NCBI GenBank assembly: GCA_951406725.2
Contig: OX597830.1
Coordinates: 20,398,001-20,462,000, forward strand
From: Octopus vulgaris
Lineage: Eukaryota
Direction: 5' to 3'
DNA: 64,000 nucleotides
The translations under genes and the position numbers were made by a program. Position 1 is the stretch's first letter, and every line of letters begins with the position of its first letter. Shown piece by piece: positions 27,474 through 41,283 of the stretch. The notes below the pieces were generated by a model, which searched no databases, had not been told where the DNA came from, and saw only the letters and a list, made by a program, of their open reading frames with translations.

Positions 27474-27475
<2 letters not shown>
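26397..27475 (+). mobile_element. SINE family A split by two insertions in its internal microsatellite
   Basis: Head 26397-26552 and 3' half 27270-27475. Inserts at about 26565-26728 (P1) and about 26873-27208. Confidence 0.8.
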
Positions 27476-27517
<42 letters not shown>

Positions 27518-27582
27518 TGTATGCATGCGTCTATGCTCTTGTATATATATATATATATTTATATATATTTATATATATATAT

Positions 27583-27731
27583 ACTCTTTTACTCTTTTAC
27601 TTGTTTCAGTCATTTGAATGCGGCCATGCTGGAGCACCGCCTTTAGTCGAGTAAATCGACTCCGAGACTTATTCTTTGTAAGCCTAGTACTTATTCTATC
27701 GGTCTCTTTTGCCGAACCGCTAAATTAGGCG

Positions 27732-27763
<32 letters not shown>

Positions 27764-27853
27764 CGGGGCTATAGCAGGAGACACTTGCCCAAAATGCCAT
27801 GCAGTGGGACTGAACCCGGAACTATGTGGTTGGTTAGCAAGCTACTTACCACA
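27583..27853 (-). mobile_element. SINE family A, internally deleted
   Basis: Tail at 27583-27725 and partial head at 27762-27853. Confidence 0.85.
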
Positions 27854-28066
27854 ATATCAAAGCTTAATCTGAAATATTAGAAATTTCCATTACCAGTGGC
27901 CTAGCGTGTAAAAGTTTAGTCAATAGAGAGGAGTTAGATGGTAAATGTTTTTATCTTTCATTCCCTTCGAAATTTTATCCCTATGAGTGGTTTGGAATTT
28001 AACTGTCCTCTCTAGCGTGCAAGGAGTCCTATGATGGGTGCCTCTTACGTGTTTAAATGTACACTG

Positions 28067-28139
<73 letters not shown>

Positions 28140-28160
28140 CTCTATCTCTCTATCTATCTA

Positions 28161-28196
<36 letters not shown>

Positions 28197-28222
28197 AGAC
28201 AAACAGTTATATATATATATAA

Positions 28223-28286
<64 letters not shown>

Positions 28287-28331
28287 GTTCTAGTTTAAAT
28301 ATTTTCTAAGTTGTAATACACAAGTATGATA

Positions 28332-28373
<42 letters not shown>

Positions 28374-28961
28374 ACACACACACACACACAAACACACATA
28401 AACACACACGCACACTCATGTAATAGATACTTCGCAAACACGTGTAAGAACAAACTTACATCTATAACGACATACGCTTATACATTCATACTCACATATA
28501 TATATATATATATATATATACCTTACATATTTGCGTACGTACATACATCTGGTACCAATTAATATCCCATTAATACCTGTTTCCCAGTCGTATATTCCTC
28601 AACTGAGTCAAGTGTATTCAACTTAATCAACGTCAACAACAACAACAACAGCAACAACACCAACCTTGACAGCCATGACATAAATTATAAATTATATTCA
28701 ATATATATTTGATGTCAGATCTTTATTGATTTACAAATGTAGACATTTCATTATTTGGTTCTCATTAAAATTCCGTGGTCAAATGAAAGTTGCGCATGTT
28801 TGTGTGTGTGCGTGTGTGCGCGCGTGTGCGTGTGTGTGAGTATTTATGCGTGTGTGAGCATTTGTGCGTGTACGCGCGTCAGTGTATGTGAGTATTTATG
28901 TGCGTGTGCAAAGGTATGCGCATATATATCTTAATACATGATATCGGATCATATGATATTC

Positions 28962-29002
<41 letters not shown>

Positions 29003-29005
29003 AAA

Positions 29006-29047
<42 letters not shown>

Positions 29048-29139
29048 TATATATATACATATTTATATATATCATATACATATATTATATATATATACAT
29101 TATATATATGTCTATATATATGTATTCATATATGTATAT

Positions 29140-29196
<57 letters not shown>

Positions 29197-29471
29197 ACAG
29201 ATTGATATTTAATATCTACAAATATACGAACATACGTACATACATGTGTGAATACATGTATATATGCACATGTAAGTGCTGCGACGAATATTTATATGTG
29301 TTTATGTATATATCACTGTATGCATGTTTTGCATACGCACGTATACCTGCACATGCGTATATATATAGCAGGGGTTGACATACAGACACTGACGATATGC
29401 CTTACCGTTTTCATACATTCATACATACATATATATATATATATATATACATACATATGTATGTATGTCTG

Positions 29472-29507
<36 letters not shown>

Positions 29508-29789
29508 ATCATGTTAAGCATATTTGCTCGTACACGACAGCAGACTCATGTATACATACATGCATACATACATATATACATGCATGTATACATGATTCAC
29601 ACGTCCATAATACGTACATACATGCACAAATACATACAAACATACAGGAATACATACATGCATATTACACACATACGTAATATCACATACGCACATACAT
29701 AATACATCCATACATACAAACATACAATCATGCGTACAAATATACAAATAAACATACATCCGACTATACATACATACACACATACATAC

Positions 29790-29820
<31 letters not shown>

Positions 29821-30168
29821 CATACATACATACATACATACATACATTCATACATACGTACGTACGTACATTGACGCTCACGCAAGCACGCGAGTACATA
29901 CACATAGGCTGAATGCTATAAACTCCTTTAATATGGATCTCCACGTGTAATACGGCCTCTCTGAGTGTTGTACATAAAACAGGTATGAAAGCGGTAATTA
30001 GGTTACAGGTTTTAAAGGTACACTTAAATTACATACAACTCGATATGATTTATTTAAAAATGATAATAACAACAACAATAATATTAATAACATTGATGAT
30101 GATGATGATGACGACAACGGCGATAATAATAATAACAATAATGATAATACTAATACTACTACTACTAC

Positions 30169-30209
<41 letters not shown>

Positions 30210-30211
30210 TG

Positions 30212-30276
<65 letters not shown>

Positions 30277-30278
30277 AA

Positions 30279-30351
<73 letters not shown>

Positions 30352-30652
30352 AAGAAGAAGAAGAAGAAGAATAGTAATAATAATAATAATGATAATAAAG
30401 AAATGCAAAATGGCGTCTTTCAGATATTTGACATACAAATTAGGCGATATGTGAAAACGTCAAAAGTTTATATATGTATAAGGAAAAATTGATTTTAACG
30501 AATGATTAAATCGGTTTTCGGCTTTTGTAGTTTTCGTTTGTTTTTTGGGGTTTTTTTGTTTGTTTCCGATTTTTTGTTTTGACGGCATATGTTCATGCAT
30601 CAAATATGCTTGTGTGTGTATTTGCGTGCACGTGTATATGTCTATAAATGTA

Positions 30653-30688
<36 letters not shown>

Positions 30689-30763
30689 CACTTATATAGA
30701 AATATATACATGTATAAATTATGTATATATATGTATCTCTCACCCTCTCTCTCTCTCTCTCTA

Positions 30764-30821
<58 letters not shown>

Positions 30822-31205
30822 TTAAGGTTACTTTATTGATGTAATTATTATGTTAAAAATACATATATATATGTACTAATATGTCTGTAAATATGTATGT
30901 ATGTATGTATGCATGTTGGTATGTATGTATGCGTGTATATGTACGTGTGTATGCATGTTTGTGCGCGTGTCTTAGCAATTATTACTTAAATACATTTAAA
31001 ACTTACACATATCTGTGTATATACCTCAGCGAGGTTTCATATTGGTATTCCCATAATGAAAATATTTACAGAGGTGTATAAAGTTTCAAGCCATAAATAT
31101 AACGCGTGTGTATGTGTTTGAGCGTGAGTATATATGTATGACATGTATATGTGCGTGTACTTACATACATGTGTGTACATAAACTTACGTGTGTATGTAT
31201 ATAAG

Positions 31206-31252
<47 letters not shown>

Positions 31253-31395
31253 GTGTATATATATATACATACATATATACATACATATATATACATATAT
31301 ATATATGTATATATGTATGTATATATTTACACACGTATGTATGTAAATATATATATGGGTGTGTATATCTACATATATACATGCATACACATACA

Positions 31396-31445
<50 letters not shown>

Positions 31446-31448
31446 AGT

Positions 31449-31495
<47 letters not shown>

Positions 31496-31501
31496 CGTAT
31501 G

Positions 31502-31587
<86 letters not shown>

Positions 31588-32443
31588 GTATATGTATGTA
31601 TATATGTATATATATATTATGTATGTATAATCCACAGGTACATAACATATAGTTCTGCGCAAACAGAAGTGTGTGTAGGACGGTGCGTGTAGGTGTGTGA
31701 TTTGCGGCCCTACCTTAATTATACACCCCAACTAAATAAATACATGCGCCATTTCTTGAATCTAAACCCACCACTAACAACTCCATAATTATTTCTATTT
31801 CTGCATTCACGTGCTCCCATACATTTATTGCATAGTACTACACACACACACACATGCTTAAATGCCAACGTATATGTGCATATGCACATTAACGAACGAG
31901 TAGATAAAGTCAGACCAGCACTCACACACGCATACACATATTTGTATGGATTACTAGAATACTAATATGACGTTTTATGCTATTGAATATGCTTATGGTG
32001 TTACATCCCTGTCTTTAATCAAGATATTAGAGACGCAGGCATAGCCTTATGGTTAAGAAACTCGCTTCGCAAACACTTGGTTTCGGGTTCCGTCCCATAA
32101 CACGCACCTTGGGACCTTGGACAAGCGTCTTCTACTATAATCCTTTCTGCTATAAGTAGAATGCCTGAAATTTTGGGGAAGGGGACCAGTCGATCACATC
32201 GACCCCAGTGTTTCACTGGTACTTAGTTTATCGGCTCCGAAAGGATGAAAGGTAAAGTCAACCTCGGCGAAATTTGAAGGCGTCTCTTACTATAACCACG
32301 GACAGACCAAAACCTTGTAAACGGATTTGGTAGACGGAAACCGAAAAAAGGCCGTCGTATATGTGTATAAGCACACACACACACATATATGTATATACAT
32401 ATATGTAAACACACACACACACACAGGTATAAATATGCATATG

Positions 32444-32475
<32 letters not shown>

Positions 32476-32480
32476 TTCCA

Positions 32481-32519
32481 CCGGCCTGACGAAAGGCTTT
32501 GAAACTTCAAATAGCACGG
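32481..32519 (+). ncRNA. degenerate minimal hammerhead motif in a 105-bp TA-flanked insert
   Basis: Reads CCGGC-CTGACGA-AA-GGCT-TT-GAAAC-TTCAA-ATA-GCACGG. Core is canonical, stem II is 2 bp, and stem I CCG(-)GC/GCACGG has a bulge. Confidence 0.55.
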
Positions 32520-32579
32520 ACTCCGAATCAATAAATGTGTTGAGTGCTACCCATTCTTTTATTTGTCCACTCACTCGTG

Positions 32580-32661
<82 letters not shown>

Positions 32662-33982
32662 AAGCATTTTCAGAAGATTAGCTCGGCGCTTTTTCATTTG
32701 TTGCCGACTGAAACTGCGCTTGCGCGATGAATTTGAAAAATTATAATGTATAATGATGCGAAACGTATTATTTGTCTCTGAAGCAACGCGTCGCCCGGTC
32801 CAGGAATCGAAATCACAATCTTACGATCATTATGCTGACACCCTAACCACAAAGCCACGCGCCTCCACCATGATATTTTAGGAAGTGCTAAATTGTTACC
32901 GACCAAATAAATGATCAAAGGCATACCAGTCGTGGCCATCTCCTCTTTTATTCAAATAAATTGTTATCAGGATATTTTTATCCAATGTAGCTTTACTTCT
33001 TTTAAGAAGTTAGAGTGCAAATTAAGAAATAGTTGACTGCTATTTTTAGCTAATCAAGTGACTATGAAATGGTGTCCTCTTTATCTCGTGCCAAACTGTA
33101 TTAGAACCATATTATCACTGTTCCCTATATGGTCAAATTTGTTTTCAATTTGTATTATTTTTTTGTTTTTATGGCATGATCAGAGAGGGTAATGCAACAC
33201 ACGTGGCCCTAATCAGGGCCTCAAAATATGTAAGAAAGAAAAGCAGTTAATTTCAAACTAGATACTGGGATGGAATCTTACAAACAGAGTAGACTCCATC
33301 GATAGCATCAAGTCCCCAGGCGGTAGTATTTTAGGCGACATGTTAACTCCAACCCAAAAGAGGATCAGTTCCGCTGAAAGACTTCCACACAGTTTCCGTC
33401 AATTTATTTTACTTACAAGACTTTCCTCTCGACCTGAGGCTATTGATGAAGACAAAAAAAAAAAACTAAAAACAAAGTGCAGCGCAGAGGGATTGAACAA
33501 AAAACCGCTTATTTGTAAAACGATGTTCTTAACCACAAAGTCATCGACAGTTACTTTACGACTTGTGTTCATTAAAGACTTAAATTTAGATAAATAGATT
33601 CATTACCAAAACAGTTTATTTTCAATAAATTGGATGTGTTGTCCATATGAATACTAATACAGATCGAAGGTTAGTTAAGCCATCATCTATCACATTCAAT
33701 GCCAAACAAACATATTCCTGTTGGTTAGACAAATGTCATAGTCTTCGTCTCTTGGCGGATATTTGCCTCGCTAACATCACAATATTGTTCTCTCTCTCCC
33801 ACTTTATCTCTCTCTCTCTCTATCTATCTCTCTATCTATCTATCAATCTATCTCCTCTTTCTCTCTATTTGCTTTCTCTATCTATGTCACACACAAACGC
33901 ACTCACATGCACACAATTCCCCATCTCCGCGCACATACACTCGTGTAGACATCAATGTAATACACCTAATCTTACACCTTAT

Positions 33983-34019
<37 letters not shown>

Positions 34020-34021
<2 letters not shown>

Positions 34022-34616
34022 TTTTGCTCTTTTACTTGTTTCAGTCATTTGACTGCGGTAATGCTGGAGCACCGCCTTTAGTCGAGCAAATCCACCCCAG
34101 GACTTATTCTTTGTAAGCTTAGTACTAATTCTATCGGTCTCTTTTGCCGAACCGCAAAGTTACGGGGACGTAAACACACCAGCATCGGTTGTCAAGCGAT
34201 GTTGGTGGGGACAAACGTAGACACACAAACGACCGCGTGTGTACCGTTGGCCATTTTTTTCCCTCTGTCTTCCCTTCTCTGGATCTTTCCTTCTCCTGTG
34301 TTTCCGACGAAGAGCTCCGCTCGAAACGCTAAACCCTCCTTCATTCCTTCTTTCCTGAGCGTCCAATAATACTATATTTGTTCCACGTCCTCGCGTTGTT
34401 GTGTTTTTTGTGCTTTCTAGTTTGGATTAACTTTATATATATTTATTCATATATACGACGGGCTTCTTTCAGTTTCCGTCTACCAAATCCACTCACAAGG
34501 CTTTGGTCGACCCGAGGCTATAGTAGAAGACACTTGCCCAAGGTGTCACGCAGTGGGACTGAATCTGGAAACATGTGGTTGGTAAGCAAGCTACTTACCA
34601 CACAGACAGCCACTCT
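34020..34616 (-). mobile_element. SINE family A with an insert (about 34240-34435) in its internal microsatellite
   Basis: Tail 34020-34230 and head 34452-34616. The insert's 3' part matches 9315-9450. Confidence 0.88.
34300..34334 (+). ncRNA. variant minimal hammerhead motif (U4C core)
   Basis: Reads GTTT-CCGACGA-A-GAG-CTCCG-CTC-GAAAC-GCT-AAAC, with stem I GTTT/AAAC. The GCT triplet is probably inactivated. Confidence 0.55.
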
Positions 34617-34638
34617 TATATATCCCTCTCTCTTTATT

Positions 34639-34725
<87 letters not shown>

Positions 34726-35052
34726 ATTATCGACTATACGCAATGTATGTGCTCTACTTGTAGGTTTTGCCCTTTTTGTATATAGTCAGGGTGATTCCGT
34801 TCGCCTCTAATTTGTTCAGGTGTGCAGTTTCACAAAAAAAAATTGTGAAACATCAACGTCCATCGCTCCTGAGTGGGATTTGAAATGAGTTGTCTTGCCG
34901 GCCCAGTACTATAACGTATTCTAACAACCGGCACTTTGTGGGTGTTATACCCACCATGGCAATTCGCAGCCTAACGGCGAACATACGTGGATCGTGCATT
35001 GATTATGGGTGGTCGATAATGTGTACAACACTAGCACTGTTACTGATTCACC

Positions 35053-35086
<34 letters not shown>

Positions 35087-35362
35087 ATATATATATATAT
35101 ATATATATAGCTTTATGAAAATAAACAAAAGACGAAGGCAGGTGGAAAACAAACGAACAATTGTATTAGTGTGGCGCTCAGGAAATATATAGTCTTTAAC
35201 GTTTACGCTCTTATACACAAGAGAGAAAAACACAGAAAGAAGGAGAGAAAAAAAATGCGTATAACGAATCAACATGGCGATCTATATATATATATATATA
35301 CATATATGCATATATAGATATATACACACTAACACACACACACACAGATTTTTTTCTTATGC

Positions 35363-35771
35363 ATAGGCGCAAGCGAGGCTGTGTGGTAAAAAGCCTGCGT
35401 TCCAACCACCTAGTCGCGGGTTCAGTCCCACTGCGTGGCGTCTTGGGCAAGTGTCTTTTACTATAGCCTCGGACCGATCAAAGCCTTGTGAGTGGATTTC
35501 GTTGACAGAAACTGAAAGAATCGTTTCGACAAAAGACATCGATAAAATAAGTGTCAAGGTTATAAAAAGTTCTGGCATCGATTCATTCGACTAAAAATTC
35601 TTCTAGACTGTGCCCCAGCATGACCGCAGTCTAATGACTGAAACAAGTAAACGGGTTCAGTCTCACTGCGTGGCACTTTGGGCAAGTGTCTTCTACTAAA
35701 GCCTTGGGCCGACCAAAGCCTTGTGAGTGGATTTGGTAGACGGAAATTGAAAGAAGCCCGTCGTATATATG

Positions 35772-35822
<51 letters not shown>

Positions 35823-36086
35823 ATGTTGGTGTGTTTACGTCCCCGTAACTTAGCGGTTCGGCAAAAGAATGATAGAATAAGTACTAGGCTTACAAAGAAT
35901 ATGTCCTGGGGTCGATTTGCTCGACTAAAGGCGGTGCTCCAGCATGGACACAGTCAAATGAATGAAATCGGGGTCGATTAAACAAGTACTAGTTACGCAC
36001 TGGGATCAATGTAATCGACTTAATCCCTTTGTCTGTCCTTGTTTGTCCCCTCTATGATCAACCCCCTGTGGACAGTAAAGAAATTT
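35363..36086 (+). mobile_element. cluster: SINE A variant (35363-35650), SINE A (35652-35967), SINE B tail (35968-36086)
   Basis: Family motifs read directly; copies are joined head to tail. Confidence 0.8.
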
Positions 36087-36397
36087 ATATCGTGTGTGTG
36101 TATGTACATCTGCAGTTTACTTTGCACCTAATGACCTAAATTAGTTCTTTTTGAGCAAATGTGAAATCAAAAGAGTGAGGCTGACCCTGTTCGTTACTTT
36201 TCTTTACTTTAAATGCTTCGGACACAAACATCCCTTGGATACCCTTGGTTAGTTATAAAGAAAGACAAGACATACAATGAAAACTTCCATGACAAAAAGA
36301 AGGCGTGAGTCAACGTGGGTGATAAGCTCTCTGGACACCTACTGCAAGAGGCACCCATCATTACCACATCTGTAAAATAGCATATAGGTTTCTAACA

Positions 36398-36720
36398 GTG
36401 AAGGTGCGTGGATTAGTGGTTAGGGTATTCGATACACAATCGTAACATCGTGAGTTCGATTTCCAGAAGCGCGTTGTGTCCTTGAACAAGGCACTTTATT
36501 TCACATCGCTTCGGTCTACTCAGCTGTCAAAAATGTTCCTGTATTTGAAAGGGCCGTCTTTGTCACACTTTGTGTAGTGCTGGATCTCCATGATAACTAC
36601 GTTACGGATACGCGTGTCTGTGGAATGCTCAACCACTTTCACGCTCATTTTACGAACAGGCTGTTCCGTTGATCGGATCAAGCGGAACCCGTATCGTCGT
36701 CGTAACAGACAGAGTTCCAA
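36398..36720 (+). mobile_element. SINE family C, full length
   Basis: Reads GGATTAGTGGTTAGGG..GAGTTCGATTTCC..GTGTCCTTGAACAAGGCACTTTATTTCAC..CGTCGTAAC. Confidence 0.88.
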
Positions 36721-36835
36721 TTAGTTAGGCTTCTAGCAGCACTGAAAGGCTCATCCGTACATGGTCAGCTCTATCATGTTGTGATCCGAAAGTAGCGTCG
36801 GTGTCACAGATGCAGATGAAAGACACACAAAACAA

Positions 36836-37082
36836 GGACCTGAGAGACCTGCATGGGGTGGATACAGGTGTCTTCAAAATAAAGTTGGACCTATTCCTGT
36901 GAGGTGTTCCAGATGAACCAACTTCGCGGTAGGAGGTGCAGATGAGGGCAGCTGCATCAAACTCTCTCATGTACCAAATGTCAATTGCTAAAAAGCATTC
37001 GTGAAGTAAAATTATGTAGCAAAACCAAATGGCGGTGCTCCAACATGGCCACAGCTGGTGAGCTGAAACTAGGTGCAAAAAA
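36836..37082 (+). pseudogene. CR1/L2-like LINE 3' end whose tail matches SINE family A
   Basis: Translates as LRDLHGVDTGVFKIKLDLFL*GVPDEPT..RAAASNSL, followed by GGCGGTGCTCCAACATGGCCACAGCTGGTGAGCTGAAAC. Confidence 0.78.
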
Positions 37083-37121
37083 TATACATACATAAATAAT
37101 ATACATATATGTATATATATG

Positions 37122-37201
<80 letters not shown>

Positions 37202-37340
37202 CATATATAATATGAATATGTATAAATGAATATATGTATTTATGTATACATTCGCACGCATATACATAAATATTTAAACACGTATACATATATAGGTACA
37301 TATACAAGTACATACACATATACACACACACATACACAGA

Positions 37341-37402
<62 letters not shown>

Positions 37403-37747
37403 CGTGCGCGTCTGTGTGCGAATTTCTGTCCGTGTTGACTGTTATAGATAGCAGCGACGTTTGTGTGTAACCTAGTTAGTTCCCTGTGGTGAATATTCTC
37501 TGATCATCACGTCAGCAAAAAAAAAAACTATGTTAAATACTATTAAACTGCAGACAACAACAACGACAACAACAACAACAACAACAACATCATCATCAAC
37601 AGCATCAACAACAACAGCAACAGCAACAACCATAACAGATAGCGGATCTCTGTTAAACTGACCAATGAAATAACGAAACAACCGTTCTGTCTTCAAGCGT
37701 TTGGTCGATATTCTGTCCATTGTATGTCATCATAGAAATCTCTATGC

Positions 37748-37784
<37 letters not shown>

Positions 37785-37995
37785 GGCTTGTGTTCAAAGA
37801 TATGCTAATGATTTCAACCATTCAGCAAGTATTGATGGTGCTCTACTCTGGTTATCTGACATACATATGTGGTTATCATATCAACGACACATTGTATATG
37901 GTTTCCTCTTTGGTTAACTTACCAATGTTTCATGACTTCCAGCATCATCATCAGCAGCAGCATCAGCAGCAGCAGCAGCATCGTCATCAGTGAGA

Positions 37996-38037
<42 letters not shown>

Positions 38038-38179
38038 TTCTCTCTTTGCGTGTGATTGCAAGTATATTTATGTGTGTATGTATGTGTGTATAACTGTATG
38101 AATTCATGTATGTATACGTGTATGAATTTTATTATATAAGCATACTTAGGCAGACACACACACACACATATATATACGT

Positions 38180-38339
38180 ATATACGACAGGTTTCTTTCA
38201 GTTTCCGTCTACCAAATTCACTCACAAGGCTTCGGTAGGCCCGAGGCTATAGTAGAAGATACTTGCCCACAGTGCCACGCAGTGTGACTGAACCCGGAAC
38301 CATGTGGTTGGTAAGCAAGCTACTTACCTCACACCCACT

Positions 38340-38342
<3 letters not shown>
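38180..38342 (-). mobile_element. SINE family A head
   Basis: Family motifs read directly. Confidence 0.88.
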
Positions 38343-38400
<58 letters not shown>

Positions 38401-39084
38401 CAAAATGGGACAAGAACGCTAAACATCCGGACAACTAAGTGATACAAAAAGGGACAACATAACAACCAGATAGACGATACAAAATAACAAGGACGGCTCA
38501 TTCGAAGCTTTCTATCCTCAGTTAAGAACCAGATCATCCTCCTGATTAATCTTGAGATTGCTCCAATCTGGCCAGCCACAAGGAAAAACTAAGCTAAGAG
38601 CATTAGATTCCTTGAAAGAAAGCATCGAATGTATACAAAAACAATGACGGAAAACAGACATTGTTACACAAATATAAATACAATATAAATACAATAAAAA
38701 TAATAACAGGACATAACAGCAAGTGTCTTTCTACTGGGTCGAATTGAGTTAAGCTGGCGCGTGTGGAAATGAAGCCTTTCGACAGAGATACAAAAGTTTT
38801 GCAAACACAGGGAAGAATATCGATGTTGCACGGACCACGGTCAGGCCCAGAAAAGAGCGAGCAGTCTGGCCTATCGGTCACGTGGGAAGAGAAGAGAGAG
38901 AAAAATAGAAGCAAAGGAATAAAAGAATTAAGGAGGGGAAAGAGAAGAGAGAGAGTTGTAGAAGCAGATGGACAGAAGAATTAAGGAGGGGCGAGAAAAA
39001 ATGACTGGGACATAGTGAAGTGAAAACTGAAGGAAAAGTAAACAAGAAGAGAAGGCAATATACACACACATACATACATACATG

Positions 39085-39388
39085 CTAAATGTGTTCAGGG
39101 TGTTACAAATGCCTACATTGCTCTAAATAAGAGCTAAAATGCTCCAATGTTGTAGTCAAAGCGCATAATTGTATACAAATATAACGACAGAGACCATAAT
39201 CGCCCGAAAACACCGATCGAGAATTACTGACCGGTCAGTTTCAGCAGTTTCCTCATCAGTAAGGACTGGGTCGATCGGTGTTCCTGTCTGTATATATGCA
39301 TACAATTATGTGCTTTGACTACAGCATTGGGGCATTTTAGTTCTTATTTCTAGCACTGTAGGTGTGTCTAACACCCTAGTCGTATTTA
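39085..39388. mobile_element. foldback element with about 100-bp diverged inverted arms and a central hammerhead core (39225-39259, minus)
   Basis: Arms 39085-39183 and 39290-39388. The centre on the minus strand reads CTGATGA-GGAAACTGCT-GAAAC-TGACCGGTCA-GTA; stem I is not evident. Confidence 0.65.
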
Positions 39389-39584
39389 GTGACAATTTAA
39401 ATTTCCTTTCTGGTAAAATATTGCACACTGCTGTCTATACACACACACACAACACACTCACACACACACACACACATAAATATATATGCATATATATATA
39501 TGTACATATACACACACATACACACACACATATACAGCATACATATATATATATGCATGTATGTGTGTATATATATATATAATT

Positions 39585-39800
39585 TATCCTTTATCTTTTC
39601 TTGCTTCAGTCATTAGACTGCGGCCAAGCTGGAGCATCGCCTTGGAAAACTTTCAGTTGAATGCATCGACCCCAAGGCTTAATTTTTTTTTATTTTCTTT
39701 GCTCGGTCCTTATTCTATTGATAGCTTTTGCCAAACCGCTTAGTTACGGTGATGTAAACATACCAACACAGGTTGCCAGACGGTGCCTGTGGACAAACAC
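39585..39800 (-). mobile_element. SINE family A-related 3' half
   Basis: Contains CAGTCATTAGACTGCGGCCA..GCTGGAGCA..TTATTCTAT..TTAGTTACGG. Confidence 0.75.
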
Positions 39801-39861
39801 ACACACGCACGCACGCACGCACGCACACATACATACATACAGGCACACACATATATACATC

Positions 39862-39948
<87 letters not shown>

Positions 39949-40023
39949 CTATATATATATATATTATTATTGAATGGAAGAAATGGAGTTGAACGAAGAT
40001 TGTACAGAATTCCTTTTATTACA

Positions 40024-40103
40024 TTCTACACATGTTTCAAAGGCCACAAATTTCCAAATTCTGATTAAATAAGGGTACCATATTGTGGCTTTCTCATCAG
40101 GAA
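40024..40103 (-). ncRNA. type-I hammerhead ribozyme, canonical core
   Basis: Minus strand reads TTC-CTGATGA-G-AAAGCCACAA...TTGTGGCCTT-T-GAAAC-ATGT-GTA-GAA, inside the TA-flanked insert 39962-40252. Confidence 0.75.
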
Positions 40104-40272
40104 AAAACAGGAATTCCGTTGACAGAACCAAACAGAACAGAGGCGCAGCAATTCGAACGAGGAGGCTCTTTAAGAGCCCATGGCTGAACCCAGGTATCGG
40201 TTAAACTTTTGAATAATCTGTAACAAGAAAATTCATCTTTTTATTTCAACAAATATATATATAGATATATAT

Positions 40273-40345
<73 letters not shown>

Positions 40346-40349
<4 letters not shown>

Positions 40350-41283
40350 GCAATAAAAATGGTAAATAATTTTCCTGTGGTTTTTCATGTAACCAACAAT
40401 TATTTACCGGTGAATTTCGGTATGTAAATACGACAAATTAATTGTCAGGACCTTTGTAAGGTTCAGTATATAGTAAAGAAAAAATAAGATGGCTAGCAGC
40501 AGGCTGTTTCGCCTCATACCGAAGGAATTAGAAATGGCAGTCAAAGACCGTTTTTCCAGTGTTCGCTATTAACGGTAAGTGACTGATTTCGTATATTTGC
40601 CACTCCGGTTTTGTGTATGTGAGCCGTAAGGGCCTTCGTTTTGGGATTCTCCACTTATAGAAAATGGAAAAACGGTCTTTGACTGCCATTTCTAATTCCT
40701 TCGGTATGAGGCGAAACAGCCTGCTGCTAGCCTTCTTATTTTTTCTTTACTATATACTGAACCTTACAAAGGTCCTGACAATTAATTTGTCGTATTTACA
40801 TACCGAAATTCACCGGTAAATAATTGTTGGTTACATGAAAAACCACAGGAAAATTATTTACCATTTTTATTGCATTACCATGTGGATTCCTCATTCCATT
40901 ACGATTACCCAGAAAGCGCGCATGGCAGAATTTTGGAGGGAAAATTTACGTTCCCAGTCGCTATTTAGTTTTAACATCTGCGCTCATCCCCCCACTATCT
41001 GATGTCGCTGGGTCAGAAGTGAGGGCTGTTGGCATTTGGTAAAGCTATCGAATATAGCGCCGATGACGGAATTCAAACTAATTTCTATGTTTGCGATCCA
41101 GAAACACGTGTTCGCTATTAACGGTAAGTGACTGATTTCGTATATTTGCCACTTCGGTTTTGTGTATGTGAGCCGTAAGGGCCTTCGTTTTTGGATTCTC
41201 CACTTATAGAAAATGAAAAAACGGTCTTTGACTGCCATTTCTAATTCCTTCGGTATGAGGCGAAACAGCCTGCTGCTAGCCAT

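Noticed and set aside
40700-40730. CGGTATGAGGCGAAACAGCC as a second hammerhead in the 549-nt unit
   Set aside because: No CUGA/CCGA core and no stem I or NUH geometry.
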